DNA of 64,000 nucleotides from IMG/VR virus record IMGVR_UViG_3300042868_013845, positions 1-64,000 of that record; one strand, written 5' to 3'. Source of the stretch: a virus. Below, in pieces: positions 8,701 to 18,540 of this stretch. The notes beneath the pieces are model-generated. The model searched no databases. It worked only from the letters and a program-made list of their open reading frames with translations, and was not told the DNA's origin. Within the stretch, counting starts at the first letter, position 1. The number at the start of each line of letters is the position of its first letter. Made by a program: the position numbers and the translations under genes.

Positions 8701-10020
8701 TTATGGGGTAGGATTACCGTTGTAGAATCCGTATTGATTATTAAAGACAGCTTCACCAGCGTTAATGTTGGTTACAGTGAAGTTACGGAAGTAAACGTTT
8801 GTATTTTCAGTAATTGCACCTGTAGTGTTTGTAGCACCTGCACCTGCGCTGAATGGGTTAGCAACTAGACCGTAACGAGTCTTGAAGCCAATTTTTGGCT
8901 GGAAGCTCATTTGATCAACTGCACGAACCATAGTAAGTGGTACATATGGGCAGTAGTAGATACCTGCGTCATAAGCATTCGAACCTTTGAAACCAACAGT
9001 GATATAATCAGCTGTGCTGTAAGGGTCGATAAACACTTTCAAGCGACCATTGATGATACCAGCAAATGTGTTGCCAGTGTCGTCAACGTTAAGGCTTGTT
9101 GACAATGCTGGAGCATAGTCAAGTACACCTGCTGCTGCAAGAGCGCTAGCTACGTTGCTGGAGCAGATAACAAAGTTACCTTTACCGCGACGTGTTGCTT
9201 TAGCAATCGCGTTAGCTTCTTTTTCAATTTGGAAAAGAAGAGACTTGAATTTTTCAACAGCCCAACGACCATCTGCATCAACTGCAAGGTCAAAGTCACC
9301 GCCGATACCACCTGTGCTTGCAGACCAGTTGATTTTGCCAATAACCTCACGGTTAATTTCAGCAAGAATTTCTGTGCTCAAGATGTTAGCAAGTTCAGTT
9401 TCAGCGTCAAGGCCGTGAACACTCTTAAGGTCTTGTGCAAGCTCCATTGAGTATTCAGCTTTAAGCTGACGAGTTTTAGCTTCAACAATGCATTTTTCGA
9501 TTGTGAAACCCATTTCGCCGGAAATGTTACCTTCACCAGCAGAACGGGAAAGACCTTCACCTGTTGGTGTGCCAGCTGTACCAGCGAATGCAGTATTTGC
9601 TTCGTTGAAGAGAGCTTCTGGGTTAGCTGTGCCTTGAGTTGCGTCAAGACCATCACCTTTTACTGCTGAGTCATGGCTATTGTAACGAGACTTCATCGCA
9701 AAGATAAGACCAGTTGGTCCTGTCATTGGCTGAACACCTGCTACGTCATAAGCGATGAGGTTAGGCATCGCACGGCGTACAAGGCTGATGAGAACTGGAT
9801 CCCAGCGATCAACACCTGCACCTTGATAGTTACCGCCTTGGGCGCTAACATCGGTCTCAGTTAGGTATTGTGCTTGTTCACGAGCTTCACGAGCCGCTTT
9901 TTGTTGGTTTTCCAAAAGAACTGCAGTTACACTCTTACGATATGTGTCTGCGAATTTTGGTGCGTCGGCAGCCTCAAGAATAGGTGCCCATTTTTTTTCT
10001 AGTGCTTCTGATTTAAACAT
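8701..10020 (-). CDS. gp23: Major capsid protein
   Basis: LVRRAMPNLIAYDVAGVQPMTGPTGLIFAM, RQLKAEYSMELAQDLKSVHGLDAE, FQPKIGFKTRYG; LTE maturation site near residue 55. Confidence 0.99.
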   Translation of the reverse strand: MFKSEALEKKWAPILEAADAPKFADTYRKSVTAVLLENQQKAAREAREQAQYLTETDVSAQGGNYQGAGVDRWDPVLISLVRRAMPNLIAYDVAGVQPMTGPTGLIFAMKSRYNSHDSAVKGDGLDATQGTANPEALFNEANTAFAGTAGTPTGEGLSRSAGEGNISGEMGFTIEKCIVEAKTRQLKAEYSMELAQDLKSVHGLDAETELANILSTEILAEINREVIGKINWSASTGGIGGDFDLAVDADGRWAVEKFKSLLFQIEKEANAIAKATRRGKGNFVICSSNVASALAAAGVLDYAPALSTSLNVDDTGNTFAGIINGRLKVFIDPYSTADYITVGFKGSNAYDAGIYYCPYVPLTMVRAVDQMSFQPKIGFKTRYGLVANPFSAGAGATNTTGAITENTNVYFRNFTVTNINAGEAVFNNQYGFYNGNPTP

Positions 10021-10050
10021 AGTAGTTATTTTGTTTTTTTAGTTTGGGAA

Positions 10051-11814
10051 TTAGTAAGTAACGCTTTTATTCATTGCGTTAAGTGCTTTTAGGTATTGTG
10101 ACATCTCAGGGTCAAGTTTAGTTTTTTCTAAAATTTGTCCTTCGACGATTGTTTCAATTTCAGAATCTTCATAAGAATATGAAGCTTCTTCGGTTAGAGT
10201 TTTCGTTGTTTTATTCTTTGAACTCTTGTTCGTAAAATAAAACTCTTTGAGGGTTTTAACCTTATCTGCAAATGTGTTTTCATTTGTAAATTCAACGCTC
10301 TCTGCAAGCTTCTTCAAACGAAGTGCTTCAGTTTGTGTCAAATCTGCACATGCTTCTTCAATTGCTTTTTCGCGAGATAGATCTTCTACTTTTTCAACAA
10401 GACCGCCGAGTAGTTCAAGTGATCGACCGAGTTTGGTTTCAACCTCTTGTTTTTCCTCTTCAAGTTTTGTGAATAGGTCGAGTTTGCTAGCTGGAACTTC
10501 AACATAGCTTTCAGTGAAGAGAGTCTTCAATGAGCCCATGAAATTTTCAGCAATCTCTGTACGAAGGCTGCTTTCAATCGCAACTTGATTTTCTTTCATC
10601 CATTGCTGTACAGCATAGGTGAGATAGCCATCAATTTGCTCTGTAAGAGATTCTTCAACAGTTGCAACTGCTTCTTCAAGACGACGAGTATAATTCTTTT
10701 TAAGACCTTCTCTGATAGTATGAAGTTGTGATTTAACCTCAGCTTCGAAAATAAGTGCAGCTTTGCTCTTAAATTCTTCAGTAAGACCTTCTTCACTTTC
10801 AATTAGATTGCTGACGTTGGTAAGATCAACTTTGAAGTTTTCACTACGACCTTCGTTCAAGCTTTCAGAATAGATATCATTCAATACTTCATATTGCTCT
10901 TTAGAAAGAATTGCTTTAAGATGAGCTTTATAAGGTTTGATGAGTTTATTTCTTTCGGTATTACTTCCAGTTTTGCTATATGGATTTGCGTTAATTTGTG
11001 CAATCATATCTTGAGCTTTTGAATCTTTTTTAATTTTTTCAATAGCGTCTTTGATAAGTTTAGCTGATTGTTTAGCATCTGCTGCATCTTTTTTATCGGC
11101 AAACCAATCTTTAATTTTTTGTTTTGTTTTAGCAATACCTAAAACACCAAATGCTGCACCAGCAGCGGCAAAGGAAGCACCTGCAAAGGGAACAACAACA
11201 TAATTAATTAAATCTTTTATAGTTATTGCTTGATCCCAATCTATGGCTTCGTTTACAGACTCATCTTCGTCTTCATCTTCGTCTTCTTCAGAGTCAGCAG
11301 CTTCTTCCATATCATCTTCATCAGAATAATTGGATTCTTCCATATCATCTTCATAAGCGGATTCTTCTACTTCATCTTCATCTTCATCAGCCTCTTTTAT
11401 GATTTCAATGCTGTCGACTTGACTTTTGCTAGGATTAAAACGATAAGTGTTTCCTTTTTCATCAGTAATGTCAAGCGTTTCACGATTAACTTTATCGATT
11501 GTATAGGTCTTAACAAGTTGATCATTACCGCCACGACCGTCATGACGACTGGTAGTAATCTCGATTTTTTGACCAGCTTTGAACTTATTATTCAAATTAG
11601 CTTTAACGAGTTCAGCACTTTTGATTAATTTCATTTCATCCATCTCTTCAGATTCTTCGTCAGCAGATTCCTCTACTTCTTCTTCATCTTCATCCTCATC
11701 CTCATCTTCATCGCGCGATTCTTCATGAGACTGATACTCTGACTCATCAAGAGCGAGCAAATCAGAATCAACAATATCTTCGATAAGATCTTTTAGTTTT
11801 GATTTTTGTTTCAT
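10051..11814 (-). CDS. gp22: Prohead core scaffold protein with a long N-terminal extension
   Basis: C-terminal ~260 aa has LTEEFKSKAALIFEA, IDGYLTYAVQQWMKENQVAIESSLRTEIAENF; position between gp21 and gp23. Confidence 0.92.
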   Translation of the reverse strand: MKQKSKLKDLIEDIVDSDLLALDESEYQSHEESRDEDEDEDEDEEEVEESADEESEEMDEMKLIKSAELVKANLNNKFKAGQKIEITTSRHDGRGGNDQLVKTYTIDKVNRETLDITDEKGNTYRFNPSKSQVDSIEIIKEADEDEDEVEESAYEDDMEESNYSDEDDMEEAADSEEDEDEDEDESVNEAIDWDQAITIKDLINYVVVPFAGASFAAAGAAFGVLGIAKTKQKIKDWFADKKDAADAKQSAKLIKDAIEKIKKDSKAQDMIAQINANPYSKTGSNTERNKLIKPYKAHLKAILSKEQYEVLNDIYSESLNEGRSENFKVDLTNVSNLIESEEGLTEEFKSKAALIFEAEVKSQLHTIREGLKKNYTRRLEEAVATVEESLTEQIDGYLTYAVQQWMKENQVAIESSLRTEIAENFMGSLKTLFTESYVEVPASKLDLFTKLEEEKQEVETKLGRSLELLGGLVEKVEDLSREKAIEEACADLTQTEALRLKKLAESVEFTNENTFADKVKTLKEFYFTNKSSKNKTTKTLTEEASYSYEDSEIETIVEGQILEKTKLDPEMSQYLKALNAMNKSVTY

Positions 11815-11904
11815 CCTTTTTGTTTTTGCTTTATTGAGAGGAGGGTTATCCTCAGTCTCATAGTTTCACCTTTCCCATACTAAATTCAAATATTCCATAA
11901 TATA

Positions 11905-12558
11905 TTAAAACTTAACTGAAATTTCAGTTAAGAAATCTTTGAAAATTTTAGCTTGTTGTTCAACAAGTTTTTTCTTAGAAAGCTTTTTAATTTTTTCAAC
12001 TGCTTGTTCTGCAGCAACTGCAACAATTTCGTTGCCTTTGTAAAAATATTCAACACCTTCCATAATGCCATTAACAAATGCACTAGGTGCGCTTGGATCC
12101 TGCACAATATCAACTGTAGCAAGAATAAAGTCGTCATTTACTTTTGATGTGCCTTCAGTTTGACTAACACTGCCCATACCGCGGCTTGATACACCTAGCT
12201 GACAACCACCTTCAAGCAAACCTTTTGCAATGTTACCCATAGGTGTGTTTAGGATAAGAGCTTTGCCATAGACATCGTTTTTATCCCAACGCAATTCAGT
12301 GATACGGTGACTGACTTTATCGAGGTTAATTGCTGGACCTTCTGGGTGATTAAGTTCACCAACAGCGCGGCCTTTTGAAACATACTCTTTTACATAGCGA
12401 TCAACCGCACTTTCAAGAACGTTCTTAGGATAGATACGTCCATTGCGATTTTTTTGCTCTGCTTGCATGAAAATACCTTCGATGATATATTTCTTATCAC
12501 CCTTCTCACCTTCAGTAAGAAATTTAATATTTTCGTTATGTTCAGTAATTAACTTCAT
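11905..12558 (-). CDS. gp21: Prohead core protease
   Basis: IEGIFMQAEQKNRNGRIYP, GELNHP, GVSSRGMGS, DIVQDPSAPSA. Confidence 0.98.
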   Translation of the reverse strand: MKLITEHNENIKFLTEGEKGDKKYIIEGIFMQAEQKNRNGRIYPKNVLESAVDRYVKEYVSKGRAVGELNHPEGPAINLDKVSHRITELRWDKNDVYGKALILNTPMGNIAKGLLEGGCQLGVSSRGMGSVSQTEGTSKVNDDFILATVDIVQDPSAPSAFVNGIMEGVEYFYKGNEIVAVAAEQAVEKIKKLSKKKLVEQQAKIFKDFLTEISVKF

Positions 12559-12568
12559 CTCTGATCTT

Positions 12569-12576
12569 TATTTATA
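12569..12576 (-). promoter_or_regulatory. Late promoter TATAAATA for gp21-22-23
   Basis: Exact consensus 10 nt before the gp21 ATG. Confidence 0.8.
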
Positions 12577-12588
12577 TAAAATCACTTT

Positions 12589-12744
12589 TCAACTTTCACT
12601 GTTGAAAACTTTATTTGCAACTTCAACCCTTTGTTGATCAATCGCAACTGCAATTTTATCCTTTAGGATTTGATCAAGACGCAAATTTGCAATCTCCATT
12701 TTATTATCCCTTACATCATGTATTAGACTCTTTACTTCGCTCAT
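12589..12744 (-). CDS. Small prohead core protein (gp67-like), 51 aa, absent from the ORF track
   Basis: Hand translation MSEVKSLIHDVRDNKMEIANLRLDQILKDKIAVAIDQQRVEVANKVFNSES; lies between gp20 and gp21. Confidence 0.7.
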   Translation of the reverse strand: MSEVKSLIHDVRDNKMEIANLRLDQILKDKIAVAIDQQRVEVANKVFNSES

Positions 12745-12767
12745 AACTTTTTATTTATTTGTTTAAT

Positions 12768-14375
12768 TTATGCTTCTTCTGGAGGAGCTTCATCCGCCGG
12801 TTCTTCTTCAGCACCAGCATCAATTTCGGGCTCAGGAGATTCATCAGGTGCTCCGAAATCCATGTTACTATCTCCTCCGAAATCATCAGCAGGTGGTTCT
12901 TCTTTTTTACCTCCAACTTTTGCTTCAGCATTTTCGCTATCCATGCGCTCAATATCTTCATCGCTTTGATTGAGAATATTACTGCGTACCCATTTTTCAC
13001 TATAATATTTTCCAATATATTGTTCAATGCTGCTCAATACTTCAAGACGATCTTTGATGATCTCAAACTCTTTGATCTCACTAAAATAGTTGTCTTCAAT
13101 AAAGTCAACACTAATATTCTCACGAATAATTTTCCATTCTTCAGCTGTACAAACATTTTTTAGAATACATTGTACACGCAGTGCATTAATAAAGAGCAAG
13201 CTAAATTTGCGGCGCAATTTATTAATGAATTTTTGAAACTTAACCTCTTCGCGAGTAATCTCAGAGACACGACCAATATTATAGGCATTGTCACTATCAA
13301 GACGACCAGCTGGTACGTTAAGCGCTCTATAGAGTTTTTTCTGGAAAAAGATAATATCTTCAATCTGACCTAGGTTTTCTCCGCCTGGCAATGTTTGAAT
13401 CTCTGTGCCTCTGCCACCTTCACGACGTGGCAACCAGAAATCCTCCATGATGTTCATGCTCTTACGATCTTCTCGAACTTCACCGCTGCTAGCATCATAT
13501 ACAAGCTTATTTTTATATTTGCCCATGATGCCTTGCACATATTCTTCAGCTTTTCCCTTTGGCAAGTTACCTACGTCAATATAAAAGATACGACGTTCTG
13601 GTGCACGAGAGATACGATAGATAACCAAGCTATCCTCCATGATACGCAACTGATTCACCAGCTTAATGCACTTATGCAAATAGCTAATTGAAAACGCGCC
13701 GCTTTCATCAAGTATGCCGCTTGGCACATAGCATATACTATCAGGATGGATTTTTAACGCATCGCTGCTAGTATGAATATCTTCAGTGTAGAGATAATAT
13801 TCATCACTAATAAACTTAACACGAGTGCCAGTTTCTTTGTTTGTTCGAGTCGTTACCTCTTTAACCTTTTTCATTTTAAGAGGATCAATAAGACGCATCT
13901 CTTGAACACCCTTTTCAATTTTTTCATTATCAACAACAAGGTGATAATAGAGTTTGCCGTCAATATACCAACGGCGGAAAATATCATGGCCATCAAAGTT
14001 GAAGTTCAACATCTTAACGATGTTATCAAACTCATCGCGTAGCCTTCTTTTAATTTCATCTGGATAGTCAAGACTATCAAGTGTTAGTGTAACAGGTGTT
14101 TTATCATTGTCACTAATAATTGATGCATTAACAATATCGCTAACAGCAAGGTCGCACTCAGGCTGAGCTGCTGCCATACGATATTTTAGGATAAGACCTT
14201 TTTCATCGTTGACGTTAATGTCATCCATATTCAGCACATGCCCATAATAGGCACTAGTCATGCTGCCATTGATTTCAATGGTGCCGTCAGTTGAAATTGG
14301 GGTGGAAAAGCCTTCGATTGTTTTTGACTTTCCAGTGTCTACAGCTTTACCTATTTCGAATCCAAAAATCTTCAT
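12768..14375 (-). CDS. gp20: Portal protein
   Basis: FRRWYIDG, NQLRIMEDSLVIYRISRAPERRIFYIDVGNLPK, EDFWLPRREGGRGTEI. Confidence 0.99.
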   Translation of the reverse strand: MKIFGFEIGKAVDTGKSKTIEGFSTPISTDGTIEINGSMTSAYYGHVLNMDDINVNDEKGLILKYRMAAAQPECDLAVSDIVNASIISDNDKTPVTLTLDSLDYPDEIKRRLRDEFDNIVKMLNFNFDGHDIFRRWYIDGKLYYHLVVDNEKIEKGVQEMRLIDPLKMKKVKEVTTRTNKETGTRVKFISDEYYLYTEDIHTSSDALKIHPDSICYVPSGILDESGAFSISYLHKCIKLVNQLRIMEDSLVIYRISRAPERRIFYIDVGNLPKGKAEEYVQGIMGKYKNKLVYDASSGEVREDRKSMNIMEDFWLPRREGGRGTEIQTLPGGENLGQIEDIIFFQKKLYRALNVPAGRLDSDNAYNIGRVSEITREEVKFQKFINKLRRKFSLLFINALRVQCILKNVCTAEEWKIIRENISVDFIEDNYFSEIKEFEIIKDRLEVLSSIEQYIGKYYSEKWVRSNILNQSDEDIERMDSENAEAKVGGKKEEPPADDFGGDSNMDFGAPDESPEPEIDAGAEEEPADEAPPEEA

Positions 14376-14388
14376 AAACTATATATAC

Positions 14389-14409
14389 GCGGGGGTTTTT
14401 CACCCCCGC
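14389..14409. terminator. Stem-loop between gp19 and gp20
   Basis: GCGGGGGT/ACCCCCGC stem; no clear U-tract on the minus strand. Confidence 0.5.
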
Positions 14410-14425
14410 TAAAATACATTACTGA

Positions 14426-14986
14426 TTAGTCAGTAATAACTTCGTTACCAACTCTTTCCCAGTATTGATATGCAAATTCAACTTCGAAACTTTCGACTTC
14501 GTCAGTTTCATAGCTGAGCTCAATTGCATTAACATTAACAGGAAATGCGTCGACAAAACGATATTGTGCAATGCCAATATCTTCACTGCGACCGCTCTTG
14601 TCAAGTTGAACTACTTGCAAATCGCGCATATAATTTAATGGTGCACCAACTGCAGCATCAGCCGCAAAGTTACGACTGTGAGAGTTAATGCTATTCATCC
14701 ATTTTTCAAATGCGTTACGCAAATCAAAACTTGTGTCATTATAGACTGTAACAGTCCAGTTGTCTTCAAATGTACGTTCACCTGCAACCTTTAAATTACG
14801 ACCACGATATGGTACGTCAATCTTTGTGATTGTACTAGCAGGAATACTAGCAGCTTTAATCATAAAGCTAGCTTTACGTGTTGTATTTGTATTTCCAGCT
14901 ATACTTGGAAAATCAACTACACACTTGAATAGGTTTGGTCTTGCGCCTCCGGCAAAATTACTTTTAAATTGAGAAATATTACTCAT
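14426..14986 (-). CDS. gp19: Tail tube protein
   Basis: GGARPNLF, VPYRGRNLKVAGERTF, FEKWMN, FEVEFAYQYW. Confidence 0.97.
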   Translation of the reverse strand: MSNISQFKSNFAGGARPNLFKCVVDFPSIAGNTNTTRKASFMIKAASIPASTITKIDVPYRGRNLKVAGERTFEDNWTVTVYNDTSFDLRNAFEKWMNSINSHSRNFAADAAVGAPLNYMRDLQVVQLDKSGRSEDIGIAQYRFVDAFPVNVNAIELSYETDEVESFEVEFAYQYWERVGNEVITD

Positions 14987-15009
14987 AGTATTTTATTGTT
15001 ATTCTTTAT

Positions 15010-15017
15010 TATTTATA
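15010..15017 (-). promoter_or_regulatory. Late promoter TATAAATA for gp19
   Basis: Exact consensus overlapping the gp18 stop. Confidence 0.7.
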
Positions 15018-16803
15018 GTATGTTTGTGCCAATAACTTCTTCAAACGATACACCTGTACGAACAGCTACAAAGTTTAGAGTGATATAGTTGATGCTCTTA
15101 GATGGCTTGATAAAGATCGTACCAACAAATCTATTAGTATCAATAACTTCAGGAGTATTGTTACTTTCGTCACAAACTACTCTAAAGTCAATGATACCTC
15201 TACGACCTTGAACTTCACGAAGATATGGCTCAACCGCATTTCTAAATGCTGCACGAGTAAATTCGTCGTTAAGTTCAAATAGCAAGAATTTACTTGCAGT
15301 AGCAATTGCTTTTTCAATTGTAATAAAGAGACGGCGAACGTTGATGCGGTCAAACGCACCAGGTTTAGCTTGTGCAGTTTTATCACCAAAGAGAATAATG
15401 CCATTGCCTGGGCTGCTAATAAGTGGATTAATACGAGCAGTATACAAATCATCGCGATCAGCTTGTTTTGGATTATAAGCAAGTTTTGTTACACCCAATA
15501 GATTGCCGCGATTAAAGCCCGCAGGACTAAACCAAGGATCAGCTAAACGATCTGTCTTAGCGCAAAGACCAGCCATATGTCCGCAAGCAGGAATCCATGC
15601 AAATGCGTCACGATAGCGATTATAAACATAAACTGGAGTGCTATCAAACACAACATAACTACTTGATGCATTGGAAAGATTAGAGAACTTGGCTTTAACA
15701 TCAGTAAGCTTTGTAGAATCAACTGAAACAGTTGAAATTGATAATGGCGCACTAATAAAAGCTAAGCAGTCTTTTCGTGTTGTATCTGCAAGCTCAATAA
15801 GCTTATCATCAACTACTTTTTGTGTAGTATTATTTGCAAAATTATGTGCAAAAACAAAGTTAATATCAATCGACTCTGTATTTTCAAATTGTCCCAGAGC
15901 TGTAACTAAATCATCTTCGTCAAAACTTGATGCATCAGTTCCACCTTCAAATTGATATTCTCCGCCAAATAGTTCAGCTGTCCAATAATTTGCATATTCC
16001 GCATTGGTTAAGCCACTCTTATCACCGCTGAAGTTTACACCCCAAACATAGCTTGAGCTGTTGTTAAGTACATCTGCCCAATAGATTGATTGGCCTGAAG
16101 AATTTTTGGCACCAGTAAAATAAGAAAGACCTTGATAAACTTCAAGAATTTCACCAGCAGAGCCAGTAATAAGACCAAGTCTATCATAAACAATAATTGT
16201 TACTTCATCATTTTCTACTGTTTTGTTCAATAAAGCTGCCTTAGCAACGCTCCAGTCTGTAGATGTTGGATTATATGTTTTTGCAGATCTAACAGCTAAT
16301 GGTATTTCATTAGCGGCAGTATTAGAATCAATAGCAACAACACCAATAGAATTTCCAATTTCACCAGTATAGCGTGCAACAAATCTTACACGCGCTGTAC
16401 GTAATGCAGTTTGACTATTTGAAAGGTCACCAATATTATTAATATTAAGAGCTGGGCTAATACCTGTACCATTTGCATTATAACCATAACCATAATCAGC
16501 TGTAAAGTCATTTCCGCTATGAGCATTTGTGCTGCTATCATCTGCGCGAACAACACGTAATGTGTTGCTATACTTCAAATAGCTTGCAGCAGTTAAGAAG
16601 CTTCTTTCAAGATCATCAACCTTTGTGGTTGGTGCTCCGAATAAGAGAGCTAGGTCGGTTTCAGAACCAACGTTAACTGGTGTGTTAACTGGTCCCCATC
16701 TAAAAAACCCTGCAAAACCACCAACGCTTGTTGCTAGTGCGGGTATGATATTTGTCAAATCTGTTTCTTTGACTTCTACTCCAGGTGATATTAAAAATCC
16801 CAT
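15013..16803 (-). CDS. gp18: Tail sheath protein
   Basis: SPGVEVKETDLT, PWFSPAGFNRG, FDRINVRRLF, IFIKPSKSINYITLNFVA. Confidence 0.99.
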   Translation of the reverse strand: MGFLISPGVEVKETDLTNIIPALATSVGGFAGFFRWGPVNTPVNVGSETDLALLFGAPTTKVDDLERSFLTAASYLKYSNTLRVVRADDSSTNAHSGNDFTADYGYGYNANGTGISPALNINNIGDLSNSQTALRTARVRFVARYTGEIGNSIGVVAIDSNTAANEIPLAVRSAKTYNPTSTDWSVAKAALLNKTVENDEVTIIVYDRLGLITGSAGEILEVYQGLSYFTGAKNSSGQSIYWADVLNNSSSYVWGVNFSGDKSGLTNAEYANYWTAELFGGEYQFEGGTDASSFDEDDLVTALGQFENTESIDINFVFAHNFANNTTQKVVDDKLIELADTTRKDCLAFISAPLSISTVSVDSTKLTDVKAKFSNLSNASSSYVVFDSTPVYVYNRYRDAFAWIPACGHMAGLCAKTDRLADPWFSPAGFNRGNLLGVTKLAYNPKQADRDDLYTARINPLISSPGNGIILFGDKTAQAKPGAFDRINVRRLFITIEKAIATASKFLLFELNDEFTRAAFRNAVEPYLREVQGRRGIIDFRVVCDESNNTPEVIDTNRFVGTIFIKPSKSINYITLNFVAVRTGVSFEEVIGTNIL

Positions 16804-16866
16804 ATTTGTTTCCTTTCAGTTGTTGTTAATAAGTTTATTGCATACTAAGTTTATGACTCACAAGCT

Positions 16867-16874
16867 TATTTATA
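16867..16874 (-). promoter_or_regulatory. Late promoter TATAAATA for gp18
   Basis: Exact consensus in the gp17-gp18 gap, next to the ATACACTTT-C-AAAGTGTAT palindrome (16879-16897). Confidence 0.75.
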
Positions 16875-16886
16875 AATTATACACTT

Positions 16887-18464
16887 TCAAAGTGTATGCC
16901 ACTCTCTTGCATTATCTATTAGTTGGTCATATGCACTGCCCATTGATGTTGTCGTTGAAACATAACCAAATGGTGGCAAATCCTCTTCCATCTCAAGCAT
17001 CTTTTCACTATATAGTAATTCGCGCAGGTCAGTATCACTCATGCCATTAAATACATCTGTACTCACAAACCAAGAGAAGAGTACGAAATTCATAACACTA
17101 TCATCATGTGCACCTTCACTTGCGGCAAAGCTATCACCCTTTGGTACAAAATTTGCGAGCTCACTGATTGTATAGGCATCAACAATGTGTAGTTTATTGC
17201 CTTCTAACAAATCCTTTAGATTGCTGCAACCAACGCGTTTAACCTTTTTTGTCATGACAACGCCAATGCCGTTACTCTTAACAGCACTTGTTGTAAACAT
17301 ATTTTCATATTCATAGTCATAATAAACAGCGTTGCACACAACCTGACCAACATCATTGTTTTCAATAATAACAAGTGCCTGATTATATTGTGTTGCTGCG
17401 CGAACAATAAGATTAGGAAATAGCAACGGTGAAATAGTATTGTTGCGATAGGTACAAACCTGCTTAAACGGTTTTGATGATATGTCAATTACTGAGAAGG
17501 TACTATAATCCTGTCCACGACCTTTACTAACATCAGCTACAAGTATATAGGCATGATCTTCTTGCGGCGCCTCATAATAAGCAATATCATGCTGCATATT
17601 AATTGGACTTTGTGCTTGCATGCCAAGCAAGCATGTGCTATTTACTAGTGTATCTGCACTGCCGACAAATTCGCAACTAAACTCTTGTCGAAACTGTGCT
17701 TCACTTGTATTTGCAATTGTCTTAGCACGCCAATCGTCATCTCGACCAGGCACATCTCGCCAATTAATAGTAAATGGTTTAAATTCATTGCTGTTACTAA
17801 TTGCGCCTTGCCATAGTTTATAAAACATATTGCTGACACCATTTGGTGTACTTGTAATAATAACCTTTGTATCACTACCAGAGCTAATTACAGGATATGT
17901 ACTTGTATAAAATTCTTCAGCTTTATGCACAAAGGCAAACTCATCAAGAAAAATAATGTTTGCACTTATGCCTCGAATACTACTGCTGCTTGTTGCAGCG
18001 GCAATAATCTCGCTATTATGTGCAAATACAATATTACCTTTATTAAGCACTCTCACACCGGGCTGCAAAAAGAATGGCAGATTTTCAAGCATAAGAGTAA
18101 AGCGGCTTAACATCTCGCGGGCAGTTGCCCCTTTATTTGCGAGTACTGCAACCTTTTTATCTGCGTTGAAAACCATATAGTGTAATAGCCATGCAACACT
18201 AGTCACACTCTTACCACTTTGTCTTGGAGCCAAAACAATACTAAATCGATTAGCACTATAGTGTTTTACAAGATTGCTTTGATAGCCACGTAATTCAAAT
18301 GGCACGAGCCCATGATCCAGACTAATGACCTTTACATAATTCTTACAAAAATATTCGACATCATCACGACAGCGAATATATTCACTCACTTCATGTGCTG
18401 TAAAATTTTGTTGTACCCCATCTGCTTTTATTTTGGGGTTTCCATTATATGAATTATTTTGCAT
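16887..18464 (-). CDS. gp17: Terminase large subunit
   Basis: APRQSGKS, IFLDEFAF, ITSTPNG, ADVSKGRGQDYS, HDDSVM. Confidence 0.98.
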   Translation of the reverse strand: MQNNSYNGNPKIKADGVQQNFTAHEVSEYIRCRDDVEYFCKNYVKVISLDHGLVPFELRGYQSNLVKHYSANRFSIVLAPRQSGKSVTSVAWLLHYMVFNADKKVAVLANKGATAREMLSRFTLMLENLPFFLQPGVRVLNKGNIVFAHNSEIIAAATSSSSIRGISANIIFLDEFAFVHKAEEFYTSTYPVISSGSDTKVIITSTPNGVSNMFYKLWQGAISNSNEFKPFTINWRDVPGRDDDWRAKTIANTSEAQFRQEFSCEFVGSADTLVNSTCLLGMQAQSPINMQHDIAYYEAPQEDHAYILVADVSKGRGQDYSTFSVIDISSKPFKQVCTYRNNTISPLLFPNLIVRAATQYNQALVIIENNDVGQVVCNAVYYDYEYENMFTTSAVKSNGIGVVMTKKVKRVGCSNLKDLLEGNKLHIVDAYTISELANFVPKGDSFAASEGAHDDSVMNFVLFSWFVSTDVFNGMSDTDLRELLYSEKMLEMEEDLPPFGYVSTTTSMGSAYDQLIDNAREWHTL

Positions 18465-18470
18465 TTTTTT

Positions 18471-18540
18471 GTTTACAAACTTTCAACATTGTGTATAATA
18501 GGTGCCATGCACCTTCGGCTGAATGAAATGAAGACGATAG
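18471..18540 (+). repeat. Copy 2 of the duplicated promoter + short transcript cassette
   Basis: GTTTACAAAC...TGTATAATAGGTGCCATGCACCTTCGGCTGAATGAAATGAAGACGATAG, between gp16 and gp17. Confidence 0.9.

Noticed and set aside
8701-18464. Introns or inteins in gp17, gp18, gp20, gp23
   Set aside because: ORFs are continuous and of normal length, with no splicing motifs seen
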